DNA of 54,895 bases from Octopus sinensis (GCF_006345805.1 NW_021833826.1:1-54895); one strand, 5' to 3'. Counted from the stretch's first letter, positions 40,029-53,152 are shown. Made by a program: numbers and translations. The notes: a model not told the origin generated them from the letters alone.

Positions 40029-41249
40029 TTACACGTGTGTATGAATACTCAGATGTGTACTTAAGTGGCGTTTTTGAGAGAATGACTCACCGCAAATATC
40101 ACAATGATATGGTTTTTCACCTGTATGAATACGTTTGTGTTTAGGCAAATCACTACTGTGGGAGAATGATTTACCACAGATATCACACTGATATGGTTTC
40201 TCTCCTGTATGACTACGTTTGTGACTGATTAAATTGCTATTATCAGAAAATGACTTACCACAGATATCACACTGATATGGTTTTTCCCCAGTATGAATAC
40301 GTTTGTGACCAGACAAATGACTACTTCTTGAGAATGATTTACCACAGATATTACAATGATATGGTTTCTCTCCTGTATGAATACGTAAGTGTCTGGTTAA
40401 AGGGCTATTATCAGAGAATGATTCACCACAGATATCACAATGATATGGCTTCTCACCTGTATGAATACGTTTGTGCCCACTTAATGTAGAATGCTGGGAA
40501 AATGATTTACCACAGATATCACAATGATATGGCTTCTCTCCTGTATGAATATGTAGGTGTCTGGTTAAATGGCTATTTTCAGAGAATGATTCACCACAGA
40601 TATCACAATGATATGGCTTCTCTCCTGTATGAATACGTCTGTGCCCATTTAAAGTAGAATTATGGGAAAATGATTTACCACAGATATCACACTGATATGG
40701 TTTTTCCCCAGTATGAATACGTATATGACTAGTCAAATGACTATTTCTAGTGAATGATTTACCACAGATATCACAATGATATGGTTTCTCACCCGTATGA
40801 ATACGTTTGTGATCAATTAAAATGTTACTTCTAGAAAATGATTTACCACAAATATTACAATGATGTGGCTTTTCTCCTGTATGTGTACGTTTGTGTGTAG
40901 GTAAGTCACCACTGGTAGAGAATGATTTACCACAGATATCACACTGATATGGTTTCTCTCCTGTATGAGTACGTTTGTGTTTAGGTAAGTCAGTACTTCG
41001 AGAAAATGATTTACCACAGATATCACACTGATGCGGCTTTTCCCCAGTATGAATAAATTTGTGACGAGTTAAAGTGCTATTTTCAGAAAATGATTTACTA
41101 CAGATATCACACTGATATGGTTTTTCTCCAGTATGAACACGTCTGTGCCTACTTAAATTACCACTTTTAGAGAATGACTTACCACAAATATCACAGTGAT
41201 ATGGCTTCTCTCTTTTATCAGAGATTTTTGCTTTAGTTGAATTATTCAT
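40029..41249 (-). CDS. Z7: intact C2H2 zinc-finger protein, 406 aa (14 fingers)
   Basis: Track [19 protein letters not shown]...HTHV*; two candidate acceptors at 41680-41679 and 42082-42081. Confidence 0.95.
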   Translation of the reverse strand: MNNSTKAKISDKREKPYHCDICGKSFSKSGNLSRHRRVHTGEKPYQCDICSKSFSENSTLTRHKFIHTGEKPHQCDICGKSFSRSTDLPKHKRTHTGEKPYQCDICGKSFSTSGDLPTHKRTHTGEKPHHCNICGKSFSRSNILIDHKRIHTGEKPYHCDICGKSFTRNSHLTSHIRIHTGEKPYQCDICGKSFSHNSTLNGHRRIHTGEKPYHCDICGESFSENSHLTRHLHIHTGEKPYHCDICGKSFSQHSTLSGHKRIHTGEKPYHCDICGESFSDNSPLTRHLRIHTGEKPYHCNICGKSFSRSSHLSGHKRIHTGEKPYQCDICGKSFSDNSNLISHKRSHTGEKPYQCDICGKSFSHSSDLPKHKRIHTGEKPYHCDICGESFSQKRHLSTHLSIHTHV

Positions 41250-42249
41250 TATGAAAGAATAATTTCGTTAAACATATCACAATGAAAGTATCTGTTTCAT
41301 TTCTATGAATGTTTGTGTTCAAATGCATCAGAGAATAATTGAATGTTATGTTACTTTCATTGGTGACCTTACTTAATATCTAAAACAGAAGATATAAATT
41401 GGTAAATGCTTTTGTAAAGTTACTCAAACTTAACCTGTAGGTTCATCATCTCTACATTCCATATGGTAAAGACAAAAAAAATGTTGCTGTTAATTCCATT
41501 GTCCAGAAGAAATATTTCCCCATCGTTCGTCGAAGATTTTATTTATGTAAAGATGTTGATGTATTGATGAATGTGCCTTATAAATATATGGTCTTCCTTT
41601 AATTGATGAACATCAATAAAAATATCAGACACACATCTGAATGAAGAAGTTTCTTTTAAATCAACATGGAATGATATCCTGAAATAGGAAAGAAATTCAT
41701 TTCTATGAATATATTTGTGTTGTTATTTTCAGAGAATAATTTAATGCTATGCTTCTTTCATCTGAGATTTTGCTTAATATCTAAATCAAGAGGTGACAAT
41801 TGTCTATGCCTTTGTAAAGTTATCAAAGCTTAATTAACCTGTAAAGCAATCATCTCCTCTATATTCCAGACAGCAAAGACTTCAAATTGTTGCTGTTAAT
41901 TCCATCGCCCAGAAGAAGTATTTTGCTGTTGTTTTACACAGATTTCATTTATATGTTGAGTTTGATGTATTGATGCTCCTTATAAATATATCATCTTCCT
42001 TTCGTTAATGGAAGCTGATAAAAATACCAGAGGCACATCTGAATGAAGAAATTTCTTTAACGTCAACATGATGTGATATTCTGAAATAAAAAAAGAAGCA
42101 GTGAGATAAAGAGAATCATTAAATGGCATAGTAATTCAACATTGCAAATCTTACAACATCAACACTGTCATCCATTTAATGTCTATGCTTACACGAATTG
42201 GAGTTTATTCGGGTACTGAAACTTTTACAACATTCTACACTTTTTACAC

Positions 42250-42640
42250 TTTTACTTGTTTCAGTCATGTGACTGCAGCCATGCTGGAGCACCGCCTTTA
42301 GTCAAGCAAATCGAATCCAGGACTTATTCTTTATAAGCCTAGTACTTATTTATCAGTCTCTTTTGCCCAACCGCTAAGTTACGGGGACGTAAACACACCA
42401 GCATCGGTTGTCAAGCAATGCCAGAGAGACAAACACAGACACACAAACATACACACACATATATATACATATATACGACAGGCTTCTTTCAGTTTCCGTC
42501 TACCAAATCCACTCACAAGGCATTGGTCGACCCAAGGCTATAGTAGAACACACTTGCCCAAGGTGCCACGCAGTGGGATTGAATTTGGTACCAAGTGGTT
42601 GGTAAGCAAGCTACTTACTACACAGCCACTCCTACGCCTA
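42250..42640 (-). mobile_element. SINE family A
   Basis: Matches 8156-8508. Confidence 0.85.
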
Positions 42641-42699
42641 TTCATTATTTTGAATTAGGAGTGGCTGTGTGGTATTTAAACAACAACAAAAAACAAAAG

Positions 42700-43107
42700 T
42701 AGACACCCATAAAATTATCAACCATTTTACAAACAATAACTCTGAGCACCTTTTCAAACTCCATCTGTCTAACACCCGTGGATATGTTTACAAAGTCAGA
42801 AAACAGCACAGCTCCCATGACTTTCGGAAACATTTTTTCATGCTAAGAGTTGCTGAAGCATGGAACAAACTGCCGGCATCAGTTGTTAGTTGTCGGAGCA
42901 CTGCATCCTTCAAAACTTCCATGCTTCCTGAGATTCGCCAACACTACACCTGATTTTCTCCCCTCCATACACACAGGCTAACATGTATCTGACTCATACA
43001 CTGTTCACTTCCCAGACATTTGTACATTACTGCATATGCTTTATATGCACTTTCTGACAAGTTGTGGTGCATCTGAGCACTGTATACAATAATTTCATGA
43101 TTATTAT
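42700..43107 (+). mobile_element. CR1-clade LINE 3' end
   Basis: DTHKIINHFTNNNSEHLFKLHLSNTRGYVYKVRKQHSSHDFRKHFFMLRVAEAWNKLPASVV. Confidence 0.82.
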
Positions 43108-43458
43108 AAATAATTTGAGAAATGCAGGGAAATCTATATACAGAATAGGCGCAGGAGCATTCTACAGCTGGATGCCCTTCCTGTTGCCAATCCTGACCTC
43201 TTCCCAAGTAAAATGATATTCCACCAAGTTCAAACATATTTACACGGAATATTGCAAAGAAAGGACATCGCTTGCATGATGGTGACACTCACTGACAAGC
43301 GGCGATCCTTCGGTATAGGTTCTGGAAGTGGCTTTGTTTACATTTCTGGAGATAACAGAAACCCTTTTCTCCCACCCCTAACACAAACCTTAACCATGAC
43401 CCCCCCCTTATATATAAAAAAAACAACACTTTTTTTAAATGTATCTGGTACTTCCGGT

Positions 43459-45381
43459 GGTTAATATAGGGCGTAACAAATATCAGAAAATCAAAAAAAA
43501 AATGTGTGTAATAGGTGTAAAACAACTGCCTATGAACGAATATGAAAAAAAAAAATTCGCGCACGCGAAAGGGGGGTGGGGGAGAGGCCTCGGAAAATTC
43601 ACATCGGGAAGTTCCGAAAGCGTCTGAGGAGCTGACCCGGGCACCAAAACAAAAAAAAAATAGTGTAATATGTGTAAAACAACTTGCTCTAAACGAATAT
43701 GACACAAAAAAATGCGCTCTCGCGAAAGAGGGGTGGGGGAGAGGCCTCGGAATATTTATATCGGGAATTTCCGAAAGCGTCTGAACCGGGCACAAAAACA
43801 AAAACAAAAACAGCGTAATAGGTGTAAAACAACTTGCTCTAAACGACTATCATGAAAAAAATGCGTGCTCGCGAAAGGGGGGTGGGGGAGAGGCTTTGGA
43901 AATTTCACATCTTCAGTCCACGGCCTTTAAACTAAGAAAAAATAGTGTAATTGGTGTAAAACTACTTGTTCTAAACGAGTATCAAGAACACACACTCACA
44001 CATGAATCATAAACTCCGTATTTCGCAAAAAAAAAAAATAAAGAGAAGAAATTCTGGAAAAAGTGAAGAAATGTTGGATCTCATTCCTTGGTTAAAGCTA
44101 TTTTAAACATTAAATTTATGCTTTTCTTTGAAATAGTTCAGATATATGCAATTCTTCTCACTTATTAAGATGCATTTATCAGAAAAAAAGAGACAGAAAA
44201 ATTATTATTTTGTGTCAATCCTTCCCTAATTATCCTTTATTAATTAGTTTTGGCGTGTATTTTTTTCCCAAATTTATTTTTTCACCTTTACAACACTGTT
44301 TAGTAAAGCAACTATTTATCTTTATAATTTGCATATTTGACTTATTAATCAAAATTCTCTACATGTAATATATACTAAGTAATGCAACCTTCATTTATGT
44401 GTTCCGTTCTGTATTATGCATGCGTGACTGTTTGTATGTAAGTGTGTTTAACTGTGCACATGAATGTGAATATTAAAGAACATATTTATTTACTATGATT
44501 GTTATTTTCAGAACAAATAAATCTTTTGGCTGTTATGTTATTGATGTTATTATTATTGCTAGTTAAAGGGTGGTGACTTGGCTGAATATTTTGAGTCTTG
44601 TAGTATGTAGTTGTGTTAGTCAATATTCTGAGTTCAAATCCAACTCATTTCTTTATCATCATTATCGATGGACCACTCAAAGAGGTATGTATACATTATC
44701 ATTTTCGTAACATAATTTCTGTAGTATTTCAAGATGTTTCTGACACGTATTTTGATTCACATGGTGGAGATCCAACATTTCTTCACTTTTTCCAGAATTT
44801 CTTCTCTTTATTTTATTTTTTTGCGAAATACGGAGTTTATGATTCATGTGTGAGTGTGTGTTCTTGATACTCGTTTAGAACAAGTAGTTTTACACCAATT
44901 ACACTATTTTTTCTTAGTTTAAAGGCCGTGGACTGAAGATGGGAAATTTCCGAAGCCTCTCCCCCACCCCCCTTTCGCGAGCGCGCATTTTTTTCATGAT
45001 AGTCGTTTAGAGCAAGTTGTTTTACACCTATTACGCTGTTTTTGTTTTTGTGCCCGGTTCAGACGCTTTCGGAAATTCCCGATATAAATATTCCGAGGAC
45101 TCTCCCCCACCCCTCTTTCTCGAGAGCGCATTTTTTTTTCATATTCGTTTAGAGCAAGTTGTTTTACACATATTACACTGTTTTTTTTTTGTTTTGGTGC
45201 CCGGGTCAGCCCCTCAGACGCTTTCGGAACTTCCCGATGTGAATTTTCCGAGGCCTCTCCCCCACCCCCCTTTCGCGTGCGCGAATTTTTTTTTTCATAT
45301 TCGTTCATAGGAAGTTGTTTTACACCTATTACACACATTTTTTTTTTGATTTTCTGATATTTGTTACGCCCTATATTAACC
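43459..45381. mobile_element. 1.9-kb foldback element with ~630-bp TIRs, GG termini and an 8-bp TSD
   Basis: Arms ~43459-44092 and ~44766-45381; TSD cttccggt at 43451-43458 and 45382-45389; three ~150-bp subrepeats per arm. Confidence 0.88.
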
Positions 45382-45689
45382 CTTCCGGTACCTGTACCGA
45401 AGTTACGCCAATTTTTTTAAACAAAGTAAATAAAACAAAAATACAAAGTAAGGATCGACTGGTCACGACTAGCTAGCGCGGATGCGCGACTACGCGCGCC
45501 GAGACCCCTCTTCTTAAATAGTACTCTTACATTCGCGAGTGCCCGTTCTCCGTATTTTATTTTTCAGTATAAAATATTTAAAAAATAGATTAATCTGTCT
45601 AATTTCATCCATACTTTGTGTATTCTGGATATATTTCCCATTTCGTAACTTTTTTTTGACAAGTAAGGGTTATCTTGGTGAGGTGTGCC

Positions 45690-45907
45690 GTACTACTAGC
45701 GAACAGTGGTCCCGGTGCGCGCACTCGCGTATCCGTTCTACCTAGTCATATGTAGTGAATCATGCAACGACTTTTTAACCCTAATCTTAGTTTGTTTACA
45801 AAAATAATGTATTTACTTGGTTTAAAAAATTGTAGGATCGACTACTTACGACTAGCTAGCGCGGATGTACGAGTGCGCGCACCGGGACCACTGTTCGCTA
45901 GTAGTAC
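45690..45907. mobile_element. CpG-rich MITE with ~38-bp TIR
   Basis: gtactactagcgaacagtggtcccggtgcgcgcactcg and its reverse complement; the terminal GTAC could be TSD or TIR. Confidence 0.7.
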
Positions 45908-45909
45908 CT

Positions 45910-46050
45910 TATCATTATTGGTATTATCATCATCATTATAGCCTTAAAGAAAATCTTTGTCAACTTACCGTATTCAGATACAAACAACGAGTCAGTGATC
46001 GGTAATTAAGCACCTTAATTAATTAATTAAGGCAAGTTATATCCCTTTAT
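45910..46050 (-). other. Conserved upstream block with candidate donor for Z7
   Basis: Minus strand ctgaatacg|GTAAGT at 45968-45963. Confidence 0.5.
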
Positions 46051-46249
46051 AGGGTTGTAGTACTTCAATTTTCTATGACTGGTCCGTTTCGTTCCGGTGT
46101 CTTCTTTGTCCCATTCCGTCAACGATTTTACCTTCAAGGTAATATAGAATATATACACTCACATACTCTAATCTACGACCGTTTCCAGCGCACGAACTGG
46201 ACCCCGTCGCAGACACCGAAAGAAATAAGACATCTTTGACTTATATCTT

Positions 46250-46905
46250 CCTGATGTGACGTCAGGCCGTTGCACTTCCGATCCGTTTCTGACGTCATTT
46301 TCTCTCCTGTCCAATCATTGTCCTTCCTTCACACTTCTCTCTCATCTAAAGAACAATGCTTGGATACCTTTTGGGGATCTTTTCGGTTTGACCGGCAGTT
46401 TTTTAAAATAATTTCCACGTAACTAAACACTTTTAAACTTCGTATACTGGTAGAATGTGTTCATAAAACATCTTTTTCTCTTGGCTTTATTGAGAAAATT
46501 CTGTAGTTTGTAAGCTATTTGTTGGTTTTTTGTCTTCAATTTCTGCAATTTCAACCAATCAATGGCATCTATTGAGGTGAAAACATTCTGTGCCGTATGA
46601 ATGTCCCTCGTTTAAGAAACAGATTGGGTTTATTTACATTCCTGAAGAAAAAAAGATACCCTTTCCCCCCACCCCTAACCCTAAAACAGATTGAAATGCA
46701 ATCGATACTAGGGTCATAATTATGGGTGACAATTTCATATGACACCATTTGGAAAACTGCCGGTCAAACGGAAAAGATCCGGTGCTTGTGCCTAAAATTG
46801 AGAAGAATATATGGTTAGGTAAAGGGAGATAATTAGTCTTTGATGTCTTATTTCATGAGACGCATGCGCATTGGACGTGGTTCCTACTTGATGTTGACTT
46901 CCGTG
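46250..46905. promoter_or_regulatory. Candidate bidirectional promoter for Z7 and Z8, split by a MITE
   Basis: CRE TGACGTCA at 46257 and 46290, CACTTCCG at 46273, CCAAT at 46311; NRF1-like CGCATGCGCA at 46861, ATTGG at 46870, ACTTCCG at 46897. Confidence 0.45.
46375..46780. mobile_element. Merlin-like MITE
   Basis: GGATC TIRs; no TSD recognisable. Confidence 0.8.
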
Positions 46906-47146
46906 TCAAAGGTCCTTTGAATGAATTTCTTTTAATCAGCTGATAATAATAATACGTTTATAATACTTAAAATACGTACTTATAATGCATTTCTCAACTG
47001 ACATATACACACATATATAAACAACACAGTCCTTTATGAAACATTTGCGTAAGTATTAAACAATGAAAAAATTCAACGTTTTTTAATTCTGGAGACTTTC
47101 GGTTTTTGGCGCCTGAATTCTTTGTGTCTTTTCTGTGTTTTATGAA

Positions 47147-47805
47147 TGAGAGATGTCCTTGATTTGTGCGGGATTTGGCTGCTATATCTAGCTATGGGAG
47201 AGAGATGTCCTTGATTTGTGCGGGATTTGGCTGCTATTTCTAACTATGGAAGAGCGATGACTATGAATTGTATTAGATTTGGCTGCTATTTCTAGCTATG
47301 GAAGAGACATCTTTTGGCGCCACAATTCTTTGTGTCTTTTCTGTGTTTTACGAATGAGAGATGTCCTTGATTTGTGCGGGATTTGGCTGCTATTTCTAGC
47401 AACGGAAGAGATTCAATGATTTGTGCGATATTTGGTTGACATTTGTAAATGTGAAAGAAAAATGCTTTCGATTTGTGCGGGATTTGGCTGCTGTTTCTAA
47501 CTATGGAAGAGATATTCAATGATTTGTACGATATTTGGTTGATATTTCCAGCTGTGAAAGAAAAATGTTTTTGATTTGTGCGGGATTTGACTGCTATTTC
47601 TAGCGATGGGAGACAGATATCTATGAATTGTGCGGGATTTGCTGCTTTTTCTAGCTATGGGAGACAGATGACTATGAATTGTGCGAGATTTGGCTGTTAT
47701 TTCTAGCTATGGGAGACAGATGTCTATGAATTGTGCGGGATTTGGCTGCTTTTTCTAGCTATGGGAGAGAGATATCCTTGATTTATGCAGGATTTGGCTG
47801 CTATG
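47147..47805. repeat. Degenerate ~50-bp minisatellite
   Basis: Recurring gaga(g/c)agatg...ttgtgcgggatttggctgctatttctagctatgg, roughly 10 copies. Confidence 0.85.
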
Positions 47806-48020
47806 GAAGCTACCTTCTGCCCTCTCCGTAGTTGCATGTTTTAGTTTGAGAAATATTCTCAAATACACTCCAACCACTGAAATGTTCGGAAACCGATACT
47901 TTATTTTAATTTATCGATTGTTTCTCAGTATTACTATCGATCTAAATGGTAATGTGTTTCCTCATAACTTTCAGAAAGTACCTTTTCATATTCTGTGGAT
48001 AAGGATTATATAGGAATTTG

Positions 48021-48280
48021 GGCAATCTTACGGTTCTAGTATATTTTACGTCGACTGACCACGTGTTTATATATGATCGTCGATTTCCGTTAAAACACTT
48101 TTATTTTTTTACATATGGGGTTGGGGGTAATGGGATCGTTAGGGTTAGGACCCTAACCCCAAAGATCCCATTTCCCCCCAATCCCATATGTAAAAAAATA
48201 AAAGTTTTTGTCGGAAATCGACGATCATATATAAACACGTGGTCAGTCGACGTAAAATATACTAGAACCGTAAGATTGCC
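48021..48280. mobile_element. Fully palindromic 260-bp Merlin-like MITE
   Basis: ggcaatcttacggttctagta...tactagaaccgtaagattgcc; perfect TSD ggaatttg at 48013-48020 and 48281-48288. Confidence 0.9.
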
Positions 48281-48980
48281 GGAATTTGATGTGAAAAGAA
48301 AAGTACAACTGAATGAAGGTTGCGGATAATTTACACGTCGAATTATGTTCATCACGTATTTGAAAAAGATGGGGTGGCCAATTGTGAAAAAGTTACAAAA
48401 ATCTGATTTCCACCTGCTTTTAAGACACCGAACACCATTGCAATTCTTGGGTGTAGTTTAGTATGGTACTATTAGCCTTGTGCCTAGAGTAGAAATGAAT
48501 ATTGGCAATGTTGAATTGCTATGTCATTTAACTATCCTCTTTATCTCAGTGACTCTTTTCTTTTATTTCAGAATATCACATTCTGTTGACATAAAAGAAA
48601 TTACTTCATCCAGATGTGCCTTTGATAGTTTTATCAACTTTTATTGACTAAAGGAAGACGATATATTTATCAGAAGCATTCATCAATACATCTACGTTTT
48701 TATATAAAGAAAGTCTATGACAAAATATTGCGAAATATTTCTTCTGGACGATGGAATTAACAGCAACAATTTGAAGTCTTTGCTGTCTGGAATATAGAGG
48801 AGATGATTGTTTTACAGGTTAATTAAGCTTGGATAACTTTACAAAGGTGTAGACAATTGTCACCTTTTGATTTAGATCTCAGCTGAAAGAAACGGCATTA
48901 AATTATTCCCCAAAAATAGTGACAAAACTGAACACAAACATTCTCATAGAAATAAAATAAACACTATCAATGTGATATTT

Positions 48981-50893
48981 ATGACAGATTATCCTCTCAT
49001 AATGAATCCTTTAACTGAAGCAAACAACCCTGATACAGGTGAGAAACCATATCACTCTACTACCTGCAGTGTATCATTCTGTCAGAGTGGTGTCTTGACT
49101 ATAGATGAACCTTCACATACTGGGGAAAAACCATATCCATGTGATATCTGTGGTAAATCATTCTCTCAAAGGAGTAACTTGACGCAACACTTATATACTC
49201 ATACAGGAGAAAAGCCATATCATTGTGATATCTGTGCTAAATCATTCTCTCAAAGGAGTAACTTGACACAACACTTTTATACACATAGAGGAGAAAAGTC
49301 ATATAATTGTGATATTTGTGGTAAATCATTCTCTCGTAGTACTTACTTAACTAAGCACATCCGTACACATACGGAGGAGAAGCCCTATCGTTGTGATATC
49401 TGTGGTAAATCATTCTCTCAAACTGGTAACTTGACTAAACACAAAGTTACACATACAGGAGACAAGCCATATCATTGTGATATTTGTGGTAAATCATTCT
49501 CTCAGAGTGGTCATTTGACTAAACACAAACTTATACATACAGGCGAGAAGGCGTATTATTGTGAAATTTGTGGTAAATCATTCTCTACGAGTGGGGACTT
49601 GAGTAGACACAAACTTACACATACAGGAAAAAAGCCATATCATTGTGATATCTGTAGTAAATCATTCTCTCAAAATTGTAATTTAAATGACCACAAACGT
49701 AGACATACAGGAGAAAGACCATATCATTGTGATATCTGTGGTAAATCATTCTCTAGGAGTGGTGATTTGACTACTCACAGACGTATTCATACGGGAGAGA
49801 AGCCATATCACTGTGATGTCTGTGGTAAATCATTCTCTTGTAGTAGTTACTTAAGCATGCACAAACTTACACATACAGGAGAGAAGCCATATCGTTGTGG
49901 TATTTGTGGTAAATCTTTCTCTCAAGGTAGTCATTTGACTAAACACAAACTTACACATACAGGTGAGAAGGCGTATCATTGTGATATTTGTGGCAAATCA
50001 TTCTCTGAAGGTGGTCACTTGACCACACACAAACGTGTTCATACCGGAGAGAAGCCATATCACTGTGATATCTGTGGTAAATCATTCTCTCAAAGTAGTA
50101 TTTTAACTGGCCACAAACGTAGACATACAGGGGAAAGACCATATCGTTGTGATATCTGTGATAAATCATTTTCTAGAAGTGGTGAATTGACTAATCACAA
50201 ACTTACGCATACAGGAGAAAAACCATTTCAGTGCGATATTGTGATAAATCTTTCTCTTGTAGTAGTTATTTAAGCAAGCACAAATATACACATACAGGAG
50301 AGAAGCCATATCATTGTGATATTTGTGGTAAATCATTCTCTCAGAATGTTCATTTGACTAAACATAAACTTACACATACAGGCGAGAAGCCATATCATTG
50401 TGATATTTGTGGCAGATCGTTCTCTGAAGGTGGTCAATTGACCAGACACAAACGTACACATACAGGAGAGAAGCCATATCACTGTGATATCTGTGGTAAA
50501 TCATTCTCTCAAAGTAGTATTTTAACAGGCCACAAACGTAGACATACAGGGGAAAGACCATATCATTGTGATATCTGTGGTAAATCATTTTCTAGAAGTG
50601 GTGATGTGACTAGACACAAACGTACGCATACGGGAGTGAAGCCATACCATTGTGAAATCTGTGGTAAATCATTCTCTCAAAGTATTATTTTAACTGACCA
50701 CAAACGTACACATACAGGTGAGAAACCACACCATTGTGATACCTGTGGTAAATCATACTTTAGAAATAGTCAGTTGACTATTCACAAACGTGTTCATACG
50801 GGAGAGAAGCCATATCATTGTGACATCTGTGGTGAATCATTCCCTCAAAAAGGTCACTTAAGTAGACATTTGAGTATTCATACACAAGCGTAA
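48981..50893 (+). pseudogene. Z8: 21-finger C2H2 gene with one 1-bp frameshift in finger 14 (pseudogene, truncated allele or assembly error)
   Basis: First ATG 48981 (the track start at 48972 is GTG); gatatt-gtgat at ~50238 lacks one T; track ORFs 48972..50273 and 50231..50893 join into one array ending HTQA*. Acceptor at 48570-48571. Confidence 0.82.
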
Positions 50894-51571
50894 AAATATC
50901 AATATAAAAATTTATTACAACATATCAACAATTATGATTTTTTTGTCTTCTACCAGACAAGGTGTCTCCCTCTTCAAGCTTGATGTATTTAACTTCAATT
51001 TCATTAATATCAACTTCAGTATCATGGATATATCTAAATATATCAACACAGTGAGAACTTTGATCTTTGAAGAGGATTGTGCTGGAGTTTTTGAGGAATT
51101 TGTTAGGAGAGAATAAAGGAATAAAAGTTTTAAGTGACATTGATTTGGTCTTTGTTGTGTTTTCATCATCATCTTCATCATCCTTTAACCTTCATGCTCC
51201 TACCTCGTTTAAATAGTTAAACATCAATGTATAGTTGTGGATAGGTCACCAATTTACCCACAGTCTGCACTGACATATATGTACTTAATAAATTATATGC
51301 GGATTTGTCCTTAATGTTTAATACACATAATGTAGTCTTAAACCATATCCAAAATAACTAATTATCAAAAATGTCGAAAATAACTTACTAAGTGGAAAAT
51401 CCCGATGTTGTCCGTGTGTAGCAGACAAACACTCACAACAGAGATGAATTCAAATGAGAGGGAAGATTATACAAACAGCACTACTATGATGTCATTAAAT
51501 TGTCCGAAAGTTGTTTCGCATATTCTCCAGAGAATATGTGTCAACTCGCCCCGGTCTCCACTATAGCTTAA

Positions 51572-51791
51572 CCCTTTAGTGTTTAAACCAGCTATATCCG
51601 GCTCAAATATTCTACTCATTTTATGCTCAAACTGGCCAGAACCAGTATCTCACACCTACCCTGCAATGTCATTCTAAAAATAAACAATTACATCTTTCAA
51701 ATCTTGAAGCTACAAGATAATACCAGATTAATTTTTTAAAATGTAAATGAATAAAGATTACTTTTGACATATTAATTCGAACGCTAAAGGG
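51572..51791. mobile_element. piggyBac-like MITE (second family)
   Basis: TTAA|CCCTTTAG...CTAAAGGG|TTAA. Confidence 0.7.
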
Positions 51792-51800
51792 TTAAGGAAG

Positions 51801-52364
51801 GGATCTTTTCCTTTTCAACAGCAGACAATTTCTAGTTAACTAAACACTTTTAAACTTCATATACTGGTAGAATGTGTCAAAATAAAACATTTTTTTCTCG
51901 GTTTTCTTGAGAAAATTGTAATTTGTTTAACGTAGTTTAATTTTTTCGAATTTTAACCAATCCTATGCCCTCTATTGAGATAAATCATTTGCTGCGTCTA
52001 AAACTGAGACAACATCCTGTAACTAACCCTAAATTTTTTTTCTTAATTGTTAAGCGTGTAAAAAAAACTAAAGCAATGGAATTAAATTAATTTAACAATT
52101 AAGAAAAAAATTTAGGGTTACTTACAGGATGTTGTATCAGTTTTAGACGCAGCAAATGATTTTAGTTGAATGGAGGTAATCGATTGGTTAAAATTGCCGA
52201 AATGCTCAATTTTAAAGTGGAAATATCTTACAAACTATAGAATTTTCTCAATAAAGCCAAGAGAAAAAGATGTTTTATAACACATTCTACCAGTATACGA
52301 AGTTTAAAAGTGTTTAGTTAACTAGAAATTGTGTTGACATCTGCCGTTCTAAAGGAAAAGATCC
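51801..52364. mobile_element. Merlin-like MITE variant with a palindromic interior
   Basis: GGATC termini; 6/8 TSD (taaggaag, caaagaag); inner arms ~51985-52065 and ~52085-52165. Confidence 0.72.
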
Positions 52365-52741
52365 CAAAGAAGCTATACTCGGTTCATATCGCAGTAGGAA
52401 ATGGGAAGGGTGACCGCAATCAGTAGTCCGAATAATGCCACAGCATGTGTTGGATATTCGAAGGGTGATTAGCCCTAACAATGACGAAAGGGAAGGAGAA
52501 GCTAGCCCCATGTCTGTATGGAAATCTCTTACGAAAAGTAATAGAGGAGCAGTCATCGTTAGATCATTGGGTGCGCGTGCAAGAAAAATAATGAATGGAT
52601 AGATGTGATGTCTGGAAGGGACCGGAAGCTGGCTGACATGACATCAAGTAAGGAAGCAACAGGCTGAAGACAGCCTTGTCCTTACGGGGTCTGGGACTCG
52701 GTTAAGTTATGTGCTAGAAACAGTTGCAGAGCAGAATATAT

Positions 52742-53152
52742 GGATCTTTTCAGTTTGACCGCCAGTTTTTAAAAATAATTTCCACGTAACTAAGCACTTT
52801 TAAACTTCGTATACTGGTAGAATGTGTTTATAAAACATCTTTTTCTCTTGGCTTTATTGAGAAAATTCTATGGTTTGTAAGATATTTGTTGGTTTTTTTC
52901 TTCAATCTCTGCGATTTCAACCAATCAATGACGTCTATTGAGGTGAAAACCTTCTGTGCCGTATGAATGTCCCTCGTTTAAGAAACAGATTGGGTTTATT
53001 TACATTTATGAAGAAAAAAAAAGATACCCTTCCCCTCACACCTAACCCTAAAACAGATTGAAATGCAATAGATCGATACTAGGGTCATAATTATGGGTGA
53101 CAATTTCCTATGACACCGCTAGAAAAAACTGCCAATCAAACCGAAAAGATCC
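52742..53152. mobile_element. Merlin-like MITE
   Basis: TSD gaatatat at 52734-52741 and 53153-53160. Confidence 0.88.

Noticed and set aside
50225-50245. Programmed ribosomal frameshift in Z8
   Set aside because: No slippery heptamer or evident stimulatory structure; a simple 1-bp deletion explains it.
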